From a virus: DNA of 64,000 bases. Positions 40,995-50,644 of this stretch are shown here, piece by piece; within the stretch, counting starts at the first letter, position 1; each line of letters opens with the position of its first letter. A program made the position numbers and the translations under genes. The notes beneath the pieces are model-generated. The model was not told where the DNA came from and did not search any database. It was given only the letters and a program-made list of their open reading frames with translations. The stretch lies in the IMG/VR virus record IMGVR_UViG_3300046170_000470; one strand, 5' to 3'.

Positions 40995-41135
40995 ATGAAC
41001 ACAGAACAATCAAATGGTAACACCCAGCTAAACGCTGAAAGAGCTAAAGTAAACCAAAGAGTAAGTAGGTATGCTATGCTGGGTAGATCCAAAAAAGTTT
41101 ATTGGGATGGTGCAAGAAGAAACCGTACAATTTAA
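40995..41135 (+). CDS. 46-aa basic peptide (absent from ORF track)
   Basis: MNTEQSNGNTQLNAERAKVNQRVSRYAMLGRSKKVYWDGARRNRTI fills the gap between genes. Confidence 0.5.
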   Translation: MNTEQSNGNTQLNAERAKVNQRVSRYAMLGRSKKVYWDGARRNRTI

Positions 41136-41160
41136 CTTAGTAGAATAAAAAACAAAAATT

Positions 41161-41808
41161 ATGATTGGTATATTAAATGATCGAGTAGTAAAACATATTA
41201 ACAACATCTCTGAGATATTAAATAAATCTGGTGAAAGAATAGAAGGAAACTTAATATGTGATGTCACAGCTGAAAACCATGTAGATGAACAGAATAGGAG
41301 TAAAATAGAGAACTTAATTACAGTAGCCAAAGGCAAACAGAGAATATGCGAGATAGGAGTTAATGCAGCACATAGCTTGTTACTTATGGTTGATAGTAAT
41401 CCTACTGCACATTATACTGTGTTTGATTTAAATGGTCATTCTTACACTCATTCATGTATAGAGTATGTTAAAAATGCTTACCCATCTACAGACATTAAAG
41501 TAATTTATGGAGATACTAATATAACATTACACAATTACCTCCAAATGAGTACAGAGGCTCAACGTTTTGATATGATACACGTGGATGGTGGTCATGAACT
41601 CCCAACTGTTGTAAATGACTTTATCTACTCAAGATTCTTACTAAAACCAAAAGGAATAGTTGTATTTGATGATTACAATTTTCATGACATCAAGGTAACT
41701 CTTGATTATTACATAGAGAGAAATGTTATACAGAATATAGATTCCCCAGACATAATAGACACAGGTCTTCATTATATTTATAGTTTCGAGACCGATCAAA
41801 ACAATTAA
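41161..41808 (+). CDS. Class I SAM-dependent methyltransferase
   Basis: EIGVNAAHS, FDMIHVDGGH and GIVVFDDY motifs. Confidence 0.8.
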   Translation: MIGILNDRVVKHINNISEILNKSGERIEGNLICDVTAENHVDEQNRSKIENLITVAKGKQRICEIGVNAAHSLLLMVDSNPTAHYTVFDLNGHSYTHSCIEYVKNAYPSTDIKVIYGDTNITLHNYLQMSTEAQRFDMIHVDGGHELPTVVNDFIYSRFLLKPKGIVVFDDYNFHDIKVTLDYYIERNVIQNIDSPDIIDTGLHYIYSFETDQNN

Positions 41809-41813
41809 AATTT

Positions 41814-42023
41814 ATGAATAAAAATCAAATGAATTTAAGTGCTAAAGGTGGGATTCAAATTAATGGTCAAAAAATTCCTGATCCTAAACTACACCAAAAA
41901 ATTAGTTTTATTAAATCCGGAATAAGAATAGCTGGTTATTTTCTTTTGCCTTTTAGCTTGGAAATTGCAGCAGGAGTTCTTATATTGAGCGAAATAATTG
42001 GTATAATTGAAGAATTAGTATAA
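41814..42023 (+). CDS. Small membrane protein
   Basis: ISFIKSGIRI...LILSEIIGIIEELV. Confidence 0.6.
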   Translation: MNKNQMNLSAKGGIQINGQKIPDPKLHQKISFIKSGIRIAGYFLLPFSLEIAAGVLILSEIIGIIEELV

Positions 42024-42271
42024 TGAAGAAAATTTTATATTTTAGTGCAGCATGGTGTGGTCCCTGTAAAATGTTAGGTCCTATTATGGATTCAGTATCT
42101 GAAGAAGTAGTTTGGGAAAAAATTAATGTAGATAATAATCAAGAATTATCTATAAAATATGGTGTTAGAAATATTCCTACATTAGTTCTAATTGATGGGG
42201 ATGGAAATGAATTAAATAGATCAACTGGGGTAATACAAAAACAACAAATAATAGACTTTTATAATGGGTAA
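42023..42271 (+). CDS. trxA: Thioredoxin
   Basis: WCGPC active site; YGVRNIPT. Confidence 0.92.
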   Translation: MKKILYFSAAWCGPCKMLGPIMDSVSEEVVWEKINVDNNQELSIKYGVRNIPTLVLIDGDGNELNRSTGVIQKQQIIDFYNG

Positions 42272-42728
42272 ATTTCAATCAAGCAAGGTATTTGACGGGT
42301 TTAGCACAGTGTTCCGTCAATGGAAAGCAGAAACAACACACTGTAGATTTGTTCATGGTTATGGTATTTCTTTTAAAGTATATTTTGAAGGAGGATTAGA
42401 TGAAAGGAATTGGGTATGGGATTTTGGTGGAATGAAAAGAGCTAAAACTCAAATCGATGGTATGTCTCCTAAAGCCTGGATGGATTATATGTTTGATCAC
42501 ACATTAATAGTAGCTGAGGATGATCCTTTTAAAAATGCTTTTATAGAAATGGGAGAAGCAGGTGCTGCTCAAGTAAGAATAATACCAGCTACAGGAGCAG
42601 AAAAATTTGCAGAATATATTTTTAACAAAATAAATGAATTTGTTAAAACTGAAACTGATAATAGAGTAAGAGTAATTAAAGTAAAATTTATGGAGCATGG
42701 GAAAAATGCTGCATATTACAGCGAATAG
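42264..42728 (+). CDS. queD: 6-carboxy-5,6,7,8-tetrahydropterin synthase
   Basis: HCRFVHGY, WVWDFG and FDHT motifs. Confidence 0.88.
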   Translation: MGKFQSSKVFDGFSTVFRQWKAETTHCRFVHGYGISFKVYFEGGLDERNWVWDFGGMKRAKTQIDGMSPKAWMDYMFDHTLIVAEDDPFKNAFIEMGEAGAAQVRIIPATGAEKFAEYIFNKINEFVKTETDNRVRVIKVKFMEHGKNAAYYSE

Positions 42729-42737
42729 GTTATAATA

Positions 42738-43556
42738 GTGAATGAAAAACCACTTAAAAAAATTAACAATATGCATAAGCAATTAAAACGTATTGAGGAT
42801 TACGAAAAAAACCTCCCAATTGTTGAAGTTTACACAGCAGTACAGAGCGAGGGATCCAGAGCGGGTTACCCCACAGTTGTGATCAGAACTACTGGTTGTA
42901 CACATCGATGTTACTTTGGCGAGGGTGGATGGTGCGACAGTTGGTATACTTCAATCCACCCAGAAAAAGGTCAATTTAATTTTAATGATATTATACAAAA
43001 GTATAAAGATAATCCTCATATTAAAGAGATGATGTTAACAGGAGGTTCTCCTACAATGCATCCTGCTTTAGTAAATGAATTAACACACTTTGCACATGAA
43101 AATGATATATTCATTACTATCGAAACTGAAGGATCTCATTTCCTTCCCACTGATTATCCTATTAATCTTTTGTCAATTTCTCCTAAGTTTTCTAATAGCG
43201 TCCCCGTTGTTGGTGTTGCTACTCCTCAAGGAGGAATTACAGACGAAAGGATGGTTAAAAAACATAATTCGAAAAGGTTGAATTATGAAGCAATGAAACA
43301 ATCAATTGAATATCATTCCGATTACCATATTAAACCAGTATGGGATGGTAAAGATGAAGATGCTTTAGCTGAGATTATGGAATGTATTGAAAAATTAGAT
43401 GTACCTCAAGATAAGGTATGGTTTATGCCCGCAGGTGATTCAAGAGAAGGACTATTTAAATCATATCCTGTATTATTTGATTGGGTTAGAGATAATGGTT
43501 ATAGAATGACTTGGAGACCACATATCATTGCTTTTGAAGACCAACGCGAAGTATAG
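42738..43556 (+). CDS. queE: 7-carboxy-7-deazaguanine synthase (radical SAM)
   Basis: QSEG...G.P...IRTTGC..RC.....WCDS, TGGSP, IETEG and ISPK motifs. Confidence 0.9.
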   Translation: MNEKPLKKINNMHKQLKRIEDYEKNLPIVEVYTAVQSEGSRAGYPTVVIRTTGCTHRCYFGEGGWCDSWYTSIHPEKGQFNFNDIIQKYKDNPHIKEMMLTGGSPTMHPALVNELTHFAHENDIFITIETEGSHFLPTDYPINLLSISPKFSNSVPVVGVATPQGGITDERMVKKHNSKRLNYEAMKQSIEYHSDYHIKPVWDGKDEDALAEIMECIEKLDVPQDKVWFMPAGDSREGLFKSYPVLFDWVRDNGYRMTWRPHIIAFEDQREV

Positions 43557-43696
43557 TGGATAAACAAGAAGCTCTTCGTATATTAGAGGAAATAGAAGAA
43601 AATGTAAATACATGCTGTGCTATTACTATGGAGCCAGATGATGTATTAGTATTAATAGACAAATTAAAAAGTTATATAAATGGAGAACAAACGTAG
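43556..43696 (+). CDS. 46-aa hypothetical protein (GTG start; absent from ORF track)
   Basis: VDKQEALRILEEIEENVNTCCAITMEPDDVLVLIDKLKSYINGEQT overlapping the queE stop and folE start. Confidence 0.5.
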   Translation: MDKQEALRILEEIEENVNTCCAITMEPDDVLVLIDKLKSYINGEQT

Positions 43697-44375
43697 AAAA
43701 GTTCACGAAGAATTAGAAGTAGTAAAAATAGGTTATGCAAATGGTGTTGCACCAGGATTTCCCTTTACAGATAAAGAAAAATTGAAAATGATTGATGATG
43801 CAGAAGAAGCTTATGGTAAGTTTTTAGATGCATTAAAATGTGATTGGAGAGAAGATCCTAACTCAATGGAAACACCTCGTCGTGTAGCTAAAGCTTACGT
43901 GAATGATTTATGGGCTGGTAGATATACAGCTATGTCTCCTATTACCTCATTCCCATCAGATGGTTATGATGGTATTATTATAGAACGTAATATACCATTA
44001 ACTTCAATGTGTTCTCACCACCACCAAACAATTGGAGGTGTAGTTCATATTGGTTATATAGCAGGAGAAGGTGGTCAAGTAATTGGTTTATCCAAACTAA
44101 ATAGAATAGTAGAATTATTTGGCCGTAGAGGAGCAATTCAAGAACAATTAACATCAGCCATTCATAATGCCGTAGATAAGATTACAGATGGAAATAAAGG
44201 TGTAATTGTTACTATAGTTGGAACACATAATTGTGTAAGTTGTAGAGGTGTTAAACATCAAGGTGCAGCAATGGTTACCACAAAAGCATCAGGTGTATTT
44301 AGAAAAAATAAAAATTTAGCCCGTAAAGAATTTTTTGATAGTTTAAAAATTAATAATGGAGGACACAATATATAG
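43680..44375 (+). CDS. folE: GTP cyclohydrolase I
   Basis: ETPRRVAK, SMCSHH, GLSKLNR, IQEQLT and HNCVSCRGV motifs. Confidence 0.95.
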   Translation: MENKRRKVHEELEVVKIGYANGVAPGFPFTDKEKLKMIDDAEEAYGKFLDALKCDWREDPNSMETPRRVAKAYVNDLWAGRYTAMSPITSFPSDGYDGIIIERNIPLTSMCSHHHQTIGGVVHIGYIAGEGGQVIGLSKLNRIVELFGRRGAIQEQLTSAIHNAVDKITDGNKGVIVTIVGTHNCVSCRGVKHQGAAMVTTKASGVFRKNKNLARKEFFDSLKINNGGHNI

Positions 44376-44377
44376 CT

Positions 44378-44872
44378 ATGTTAAAATTAGATAATAAAAA
44401 AATAGGAGTTAGTTGGTGGGATATGACAGATCTTATTAAGGATCTAACAAAAAAAATCCCATTTGAAGTACCATTAGCTGATTCAATTTATGGAATACCA
44501 AGAGGGGGTTTAATCCCAGCAGTAATGTTATCACATTCAACGGGTTTACCTTTAGTAGATACAATAGGTAAAAATACTTTAGTAGTAGATGATATGACAG
44601 ATAGTGGAGTTACTATGGATAAAATGCCTGGACAATGGACAGCAGTTTTATTTCATAAACCACATACTTCAGTCTTTACTCCAAACGTATATTCTAAGTT
44701 ACATGAAGGAGATGAATGGTTAGTATTTCCTTGGGAAGATTTTAAAGCCCCAGCCAAACAAGATTACTTAAAGGAAGACCAAGATGAATTTGGACATCTA
44801 GCAGATGCTAATTATATTGGGGGTTTAACAATGCCAAAAACAAACACAAATAAAGTAGGGAAAAATGGGTAA
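44378..44872 (+). CDS. Type I purine phosphoribosyltransferase-like protein
   Basis: GIPRGGLIPA, LVVDDMTDSGVT (PRPP loop) and WLVFPWE motifs. Confidence 0.85.
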   Translation: MLKLDNKKIGVSWWDMTDLIKDLTKKIPFEVPLADSIYGIPRGGLIPAVMLSHSTGLPLVDTIGKNTLVVDDMTDSGVTMDKMPGQWTAVLFHKPHTSVFTPNVYSKLHEGDEWLVFPWEDFKAPAKQDYLKEDQDEFGHLADANYIGGLTMPKTNTNKVGKNG

Positions 44873-45407
44873 ACAATTAGAATTATTTAGCAAAGCCGAC
44901 GTGCCCTTTGTTAATGAAGTAGAAATATTTAATCGCACGTTTAATAAACCGAATAATTATGAGCCAACGATACCAGAAAAAAAGGAATGGCAATTCGTAT
45001 ACGACTTTGTACTTGAAGAATTGGAAGAATATAGACAGGCTTGCGAAAACGGAGACATCGTGGAAATTTTGGATGCTATTTGTGATCTTGCTTACGTTGC
45101 CACTGGCAACGCCACTATGCTACATGGTCTTAAAGATAAGGTATGGCCGGCCTATCAAGAAGTACAAGCAAGTAATATGTCAAAATCTTGCGCGACTGAA
45201 GAAGAAGCCGTGGCGACTGTCGCCCAAAGAAGTAAAGAACTCTCTGTCGCATGCCATTATGAGAAAGTCGAAGATAGATTCGTAGTATATAGAACAAGTG
45301 ACAAAAAGGTCATGAAATCAATTAATTATTTTAGACCCGACCTAAGACAATTCTTTACAGGAGATGAATTGCAAAAATCAAAACCTCAACAACATTTAGG
45401 CATCTAG
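44865..45407 (+). CDS. MazG-like (all-alpha) nucleotide pyrophosphohydrolase
   Basis: EELEEY...EILDAICDLAYV, EVQASNMSK and KVMKS..Y..PDL motifs. Confidence 0.8.
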   Translation: MGKQLELFSKADVPFVNEVEIFNRTFNKPNNYEPTIPEKKEWQFVYDFVLEELEEYRQACENGDIVEILDAICDLAYVATGNATMLHGLKDKVWPAYQEVQASNMSKSCATEEEAVATVAQRSKELSVACHYEKVEDRFVVYRTSDKKVMKSINYFRPDLRQFFTGDELQKSKPQQHLGI

Positions 45408-45452
45408 AGGGAACGGAAATGGGAACGGCACATATGTATAATAAAATATAAT

Positions 45453-45926
45453 ATGAGAACGTGCCCTAAATGTAAAGAAACTAAATCCCTTACAACAGAA
45501 AATTTCTATCGAAATAAGTCTGAAGTAGGGGGGTTTCAATACACTTGTAAAGTTTGCCATAAATCCCATTATAAAAGAAAAAATAGCTATAAAGGGTATA
45601 TTAAAGGAGCCAATTTAGCTTATAAAAATAAACGTTATAAAAATGACCCTGAATATAGGTTAATACATCAACTTAGAGTTAGAGTTAACCAATATCTAAA
45701 AAAGGGTAATCAAGATAAAACAATTGATTTTCTTGGTTGTTCTATCAAAGAATGGGTCGTATATTTAGAGCAACAATGGGATGGTAATATGACATGGGAA
45801 AACCATGGTACCTATTGGGAAATAGATCATATTCATCCATTAAGTAAAGGCGGTAGTTTTCATTATAAGAATACTCAGCCAATGGAAGTTGTAGAGAATA
45901 GGAAAAAAAGTAATAAGGTTATATAA
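45453..45926 (+). CDS. HNH endonuclease (homing-type)
   Basis: CPKC...CKVC zinc motif; WEIDHIHPLSKGG.FHYKNTQP...ENRKKSNK. Confidence 0.85.
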   Translation: MRTCPKCKETKSLTTENFYRNKSEVGGFQYTCKVCHKSHYKRKNSYKGYIKGANLAYKNKRYKNDPEYRLIHQLRVRVNQYLKKGNQDKTIDFLGCSIKEWVVYLEQQWDGNMTWENHGTYWEIDHIHPLSKGGSFHYKNTQPMEVVENRKKSNKVI

Positions 45927-46111
45927 TGAGTAAGAAAGATAAAAAAGTATACGAAATTGATGGTAAAAAATTAACTATCCAAGAGCTATTTTGGAATTAT
46001 GAAAAATATCAAGATAAAGTACGAAGTGGTGATGTAATACATTTAGATAAAAAAACACCTCCTGAAGATAAAGAATGGGAAAAATATTTAAAAGCACATA
46101 AAGGGATATAA
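45926..46111 (+). CDS. Small hypothetical protein
   Basis: ORF track; overlapping stop/start codons. Confidence 0.55.
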   Translation: MSKKDKKVYEIDGKKLTIQELFWNYEKYQDKVRSGDVIHLDKKTPPEDKEWEKYLKAHKGI

Positions 46112-47820
46112 TGTATAAAAAATGCTATTCAACAAGATTAGGACACAATAAATACAAAATTCATTTATGGGACGAAGGTGGCTATAATGAAATTGAATGG
46201 CATAATCCTGCTTATCAAGAATGCAATGAAGAAGAGGCAACCCACACAGGTTTAAGTGGAGAGCCTCTTCGCAAAATTTATAAGTGGGATAAAAATACAC
46301 CTAACTTGCATTTTCATGATATCACCCCTTACCAGAAATTTTTAATTGAAAAGTATGGTATTAATGATGAACCCTCTACAGGCCATAGAGAATTATTTTT
46401 TGATATTGAGTGTGAAATAGGAGGTGCTTTAACTGAAGATTATATTGAAAGAGCTCCTATGCCTATTACTACAATAGCTTATTGGGACAAAACCCCAGAT
46501 AGTTGGGTTATTTTAGTTCGTGATGATAAAAATGAATTAAAAAGAACTAAAGCTAAGAATAAGGAAATAGTGCCTTGTAGAACAGAAGCAGAATTATTAG
46601 CTAAATTTTTGGAACGTTTTAGAGAAATTGACCCTGATATTTTAATTGGTTATAATAGTGATTATTTTGATATACCTTATTTATATTATAGAATGTGTAA
46701 TGTATTAGGTAAAGAGTGGGCTGATCAATTATCCCCCATTGGTAAAGTAAATGCTAAAAAGAATAATGAATATTTCTTTAAACAAAATCAATTTGTAGAT
46801 ATTATCGGGGTTGAATCTCTAGACTATATCCGCTTACATAAAAAATATAGTTGGAAAGATGAACCAAGTTGGAAATTAGATGCTATTGGGGAAAAATATG
46901 TTGGTATGGGTAAAATTGAATATGATGGTAACTTAGACCAATTATTCAAAACTGACTTACAAAAATATATTCAGTATAACTTTGTTGATGTTGAAATCTT
47001 AAAACTATTAGATGAAAAACTCCAGTATATTGCTTTAACAAAAAACTTAGCCCATAAAGGAAAACATAACTATAGTGAGGTTTATGCAAATAGTAAAACC
47101 CAAGATGGTGCAATCTCAGCTTATTTATTATCCCAAAACATTATACCACCAGGTAAAGATCCTAATCCTAGAAGTAAAAAAGGATATGCTGGTGGTTACC
47201 TTTTTTGCCCCAAAGCTGGATTGTACAAATATATGTTTGATGAGGATTTAACATCACTGTATCCATCTATAATTATGTCTTTAAACATAGGACGTGAAAC
47301 CTATAAGGGGCGTATTATAGATGCTGATGATCGTAATAATAGATTGGGTCTTAACGATTTGAAAGAACGTGACCAAGATGAAGAATTATTAGTTGAAAAT
47401 TCTAAAGGACAACAAACTAGAGTTAATGTTGGAAGATTAATTTCTATGGTAGAACAAAATAATCTAACATTATCCGCCAATGGTTCTATGTTTACTACGG
47501 ATAGACAATCAACACTATCTACAGTACTAGACAAATGGTTTTCTGAACGTAAGTTGTATAAAGGTAAAATGAAAGAAGCATATAAAGCAGGTGACAAAGA
47601 AAAAGGTGCTTATTACCATTTAATGCAATATACAATGAAAATTTTGCTTAACAGTTTATATGGAGCTACAGCATTACCCTCATTTAGGTATGGTTTAAGT
47701 TTATCCATTTTAAGTGAAGCAATAACATTATCAGGTCACCGTATTATTCAAGAATCAGCTTTAGTAGCTAATAAACATATGAATAAAGTTTTACGTAACG
47801 AATTAAAATTAGAATTATAA
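46111..47820 (+). CDS. Family-B DNA polymerase, N-terminal part (3'-5' exonuclease, motifs A and B)
   Basis: FFDIEC, GYNSDYFD, YNFVD, DLTSLYPSI and KILLNSLYG motifs. Confidence 0.92.
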   Translation: MYKKCYSTRLGHNKYKIHLWDEGGYNEIEWHNPAYQECNEEEATHTGLSGEPLRKIYKWDKNTPNLHFHDITPYQKFLIEKYGINDEPSTGHRELFFDIECEIGGALTEDYIERAPMPITTIAYWDKTPDSWVILVRDDKNELKRTKAKNKEIVPCRTEAELLAKFLERFREIDPDILIGYNSDYFDIPYLYYRMCNVLGKEWADQLSPIGKVNAKKNNEYFFKQNQFVDIIGVESLDYIRLHKKYSWKDEPSWKLDAIGEKYVGMGKIEYDGNLDQLFKTDLQKYIQYNFVDVEILKLLDEKLQYIALTKNLAHKGKHNYSEVYANSKTQDGAISAYLLSQNIIPPGKDPNPRSKKGYAGGYLFCPKAGLYKYMFDEDLTSLYPSIIMSLNIGRETYKGRIIDADDRNNRLGLNDLKERDQDEELLVENSKGQQTRVNVGRLISMVEQNNLTLSANGSMFTTDRQSTLSTVLDKWFSERKLYKGKMKEAYKAGDKEKGAYYHLMQYTMKILLNSLYGATALPSFRYGLSLSILSEAITLSGHRIIQESALVANKHMNKVLRNELKLEL

Positions 47821-48086
47821 TGGCATTAAGCAAACAGTCAATAAGAAAAGGAATGTATATTACTGTAGATGGTAATATTATTACTAAGGATGAACTAATA
47901 TCTATTAGTGAGGGATGGACTGAAGTCCAAGAAAACTTTTTTAGAAAAATGTTAAAACAGGGAGGACATTTTAAATTAAAGGGAGTAAAATATATAGTAG
48001 AACTTCAAGAATCTGATAATAAAAGATCAGATGGAAGTAAAGATAGTGGTATAATTCAAATCCCTGGAGAAGATAGTAGATTTTAA
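47820..48086 (+). CDS. Hypothetical protein between polymerase halves
   Basis: ORF track. Confidence 0.6.
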   Translation: MALSKQSIRKGMYITVDGNIITKDELISISEGWTEVQENFFRKMLKQGGHFKLKGVKYIVELQESDNKRSDGSKDSGIIQIPGEDSRF

Positions 48087-48089
48087 ATT

Positions 48090-48476
48090 ATGAAAGTAGA
48101 AATATCAAACGGAGAATTACTAGATAAAATTACAATTCTAGAATTAAAATTAGATAAAATTAAGGATAAAGATAAATTGGTTAATATTCAAAAAGAATTT
48201 GATACCCTAAATCCCTTATGTAATGAATTATTTAAAATATATGGTGGAGAATTACAAGTCCATTATTTAGCATTGGCTAAAATTAATGGTCAGCTTTGGG
48301 ACATAGAAGATTGGATTAGAGATTGTGAACGTGAAAAGAATTTTGATAAAGAATTTGTAGAATTAGCCCGTTCTGTGTATATTACAAATGATAAAAGATG
48401 TGAAGTTAAAAAATTAATTAATATTTTAACATCATCAGGGCTAGTAGAAGAAAAATCATATAAAGACTACAATTGA
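48090..48476 (+). CDS. DUF6165-like helical protein between polymerase halves
   Basis: S.GELLDKITILELK...N..LWDIED.IR...LARSVY.TND.R...VEEKSY. Confidence 0.65.
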   Translation: MKVEISNGELLDKITILELKLDKIKDKDKLVNIQKEFDTLNPLCNELFKIYGGELQVHYLALAKINGQLWDIEDWIRDCEREKNFDKEFVELARSVYITNDKRCEVKKLINILTSSGLVEEKSYKDYN

Positions 48477-49429
48477 AACATTTAGAAGAAACACCTTGGT
48501 TTATTTGCGATAAAGAAGATGAGAATTATTGTGCATATGTAGACACTGATTCCAATTATTTTAACGCAGAACCCATATTAAAACATTTATACCCTGATTT
48601 CGAATCATTTTCAGATGAAGAAAAAGATGAAAAATTAGAAGGTGTAGCTTTAGCATATCAAGATATTATTACTGAACACTATGATAATCTAGCTAAAGAT
48701 TGTTTTAATGTTAAACAATTTGATTGGTTTGATAAACCACATTGGCTTGAAATGAAAACAGAGTGTGTTATTCGTTCTGCTTATTTTAGAGCAACAAGAC
48801 GTTATGCACAATGGATTACTAAACAAGAAGGTATTGCTAAAGAAACTTTAGATATTAAGGGTTTAGAATTTATGAAAGCAAATTTTCCACCTATTTTAGG
48901 GGAATTTTTTAATGATATTCTTCAACAAGTATTAAAAGGTGAAGAAAAAGCTAGTATAATAGATCAAATTAAAGTATTTAAAAAGCAAATATTAGGTGGT
49001 GAAATTCCATTAGCTAAATTAGGTAATCCAACAGCAGTTAAAAAATTAGAAAAATATAGTGGTAAAAGTGCTCGTGCTGGTGAAATGTTTACTGAAATAT
49101 TAAAAGGAGCACCCGCACCAGTTCGTGCTGCTATTCGTTATAATGATTTACTTAGATTGTGGCAATTGGATAAAAAACATAATTTAATTACTATGGCTGA
49201 TAAAGTTAAATGGATTTATTTAAAAGATAATCCCTATAAAATAGATGCCCTAGCTTACCAACAACACGATATCCCAGAAAAAATATCAGATTTTTTAGAG
49301 GCGTATGCTGATAGGAAAAAAGTATTCGATTCAATATTACTGAATAAACTAGAAGGATTCTTTAGTGACCTACAGTGGTCATTAGATTTGAATCCTTATA
49401 CAAATGCACTAAGTTCGTTTGAAATTTAA
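48473..49429 (+). CDS. Family-B DNA polymerase, C-terminal part (motif C, thumb)
   Basis: YVDTDS, RRYA and IKGLE motifs. Confidence 0.9.
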   Translation: MKHLEETPWFICDKEDENYCAYVDTDSNYFNAEPILKHLYPDFESFSDEEKDEKLEGVALAYQDIITEHYDNLAKDCFNVKQFDWFDKPHWLEMKTECVIRSAYFRATRRYAQWITKQEGIAKETLDIKGLEFMKANFPPILGEFFNDILQQVLKGEEKASIIDQIKVFKKQILGGEIPLAKLGNPTAVKKLEKYSGKSARAGEMFTEILKGAPAPVRAAIRYNDLLRLWQLDKKHNLITMADKVKWIYLKDNPYKIDALAYQQHDIPEKISDFLEAYADRKKVFDSILLNKLEGFFSDLQWSLDLNPYTNALSSFEI

Positions 49430-49452
49430 AATAAAATTCGTATATTACAGTT

Positions 49453-50175
49453 ATGATAAATAAGAGCACTCTCACTAGCGTTATTTCCAAATATTACTTA
49501 AATGGTTTAAACAACCAAGTAAAATGGAGAATTAAAGATAATCAACTTACTATTTACGCCGGTGAATCAGGTAGAGTATGTAAAATAGAACATAATAACT
49601 TTCCACTAGAGGATGCTGAATTAGGTGTATTTGATACGCATAAACTAAGTAAATTGATATCTATTACTAATGGTGATTTAATGGTATCATTAGAAAAAAT
49701 GAAAGCGGTTTATACTAAAATTCATTTTGCTGATTCTAATTTTGATTTAACTTATTCGTTAGCTGATATTCTTATTTTAGGTAAAAATACATATTATGAA
49801 GATCCGGAATCATTTGAAATGGAACTTGATTTAGTTAGAGAAGATATTGACCATTTAATTAAAGCTAAAAGTGCATTAGCAGATGTAAATAATATGTTAA
49901 TCACTAGCAATACAGATATGGATGGTAATAACATTTGTGAATTCATATTTGGTGATAATACAGGATTTTCTAATAAAATTACCTATCAAATTAATGGTAA
50001 TATAACTAAAAATGATATTTCGATTCCATTTGATTCTGATGTATTTAAAGATATCCTAAACGCTAATAAAGACATGGATAGTGGCACACTAAAATTATCA
50101 GAACAAGGAATGTTAAAATTAAACTTCTATTCAGAAGAAGTAAATAGTGAATATTTTATAGCTAGGAATGAGTAA
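49453..50175 (+). CDS. Sliding clamp (gp45-like)
   Basis: Size and beta-rich pattern; follows the polymerase and precedes the clamp loader. Confidence 0.6.
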   Translation: MINKSTLTSVISKYYLNGLNNQVKWRIKDNQLTIYAGESGRVCKIEHNNFPLEDAELGVFDTHKLSKLISITNGDLMVSLEKMKAVYTKIHFADSNFDLTYSLADILILGKNTYYEDPESFEMELDLVREDIDHLIKAKSALADVNNMLITSNTDMDGNNICEFIFGDNTGFSNKITYQINGNITKNDISIPFDSDVFKDILNANKDMDSGTLKLSEQGMLKLNFYSEEVNSEYFIARNE

Positions 50176-50548
50176 GAAACCAGATATGTACGCTGAAAAT
50201 AAGGTGATAATGCCATATGGGGATAGTGTTGCTGCTCCAAAAATAGAATTAGAAGATACTAATTCATGGGTAGCTAAACAAACAGTAGACGTAAATAACT
50301 ATTTAGCAACTAAATTTGCTGAATTAAAAGAAGAATATGCTAGGTTAATTTCATTATATAAATGGAATGAACTAGTAAATAAAGCTGATTTTAGTTTTAT
50401 TCCTGTAAAAGGACATATTTACTTTTTATACCAACGAGAAGATGGGAATTTGTTTTTGTCCCTTATTGAACCTGAATATTGGAACCAATTATTTGTAGGT
50501 AAAGTAAAACTAGATTCAGATAATAAATGGATAGAAGAAGAAAATTAA
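50168..50548 (+). CDS. DUF2452-like protein
   Basis: F.F.PVKG..Y.LYQR...FLSLIEP..W...SDNKW. Confidence 0.6.
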   Translation: MSKKPDMYAENKVIMPYGDSVAAPKIELEDTNSWVAKQTVDVNNYLATKFAELKEEYARLISLYKWNELVNKADFSFIPVKGHIYFLYQREDGNLFLSLIEPEYWNQLFVGKVKLDSDNKWIEEEN

Positions 50549-50644
50549 TATATGTATAATAGAACATAATATTGTAGAGCTAGGGCATGCTGTTATGTTT
50601 AAATTAAATTAACCGAGAGCTACGGCCTCACAAAACTAAATGAT

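Noticed and set aside
47820-48476. Group I intron or split intein interrupting the polymerase
   Set aside because: No intein terminal residues (C/S start, HN-C/S/T end) and no recognisable P7 core; the gap is filled by two ordinary ORFs
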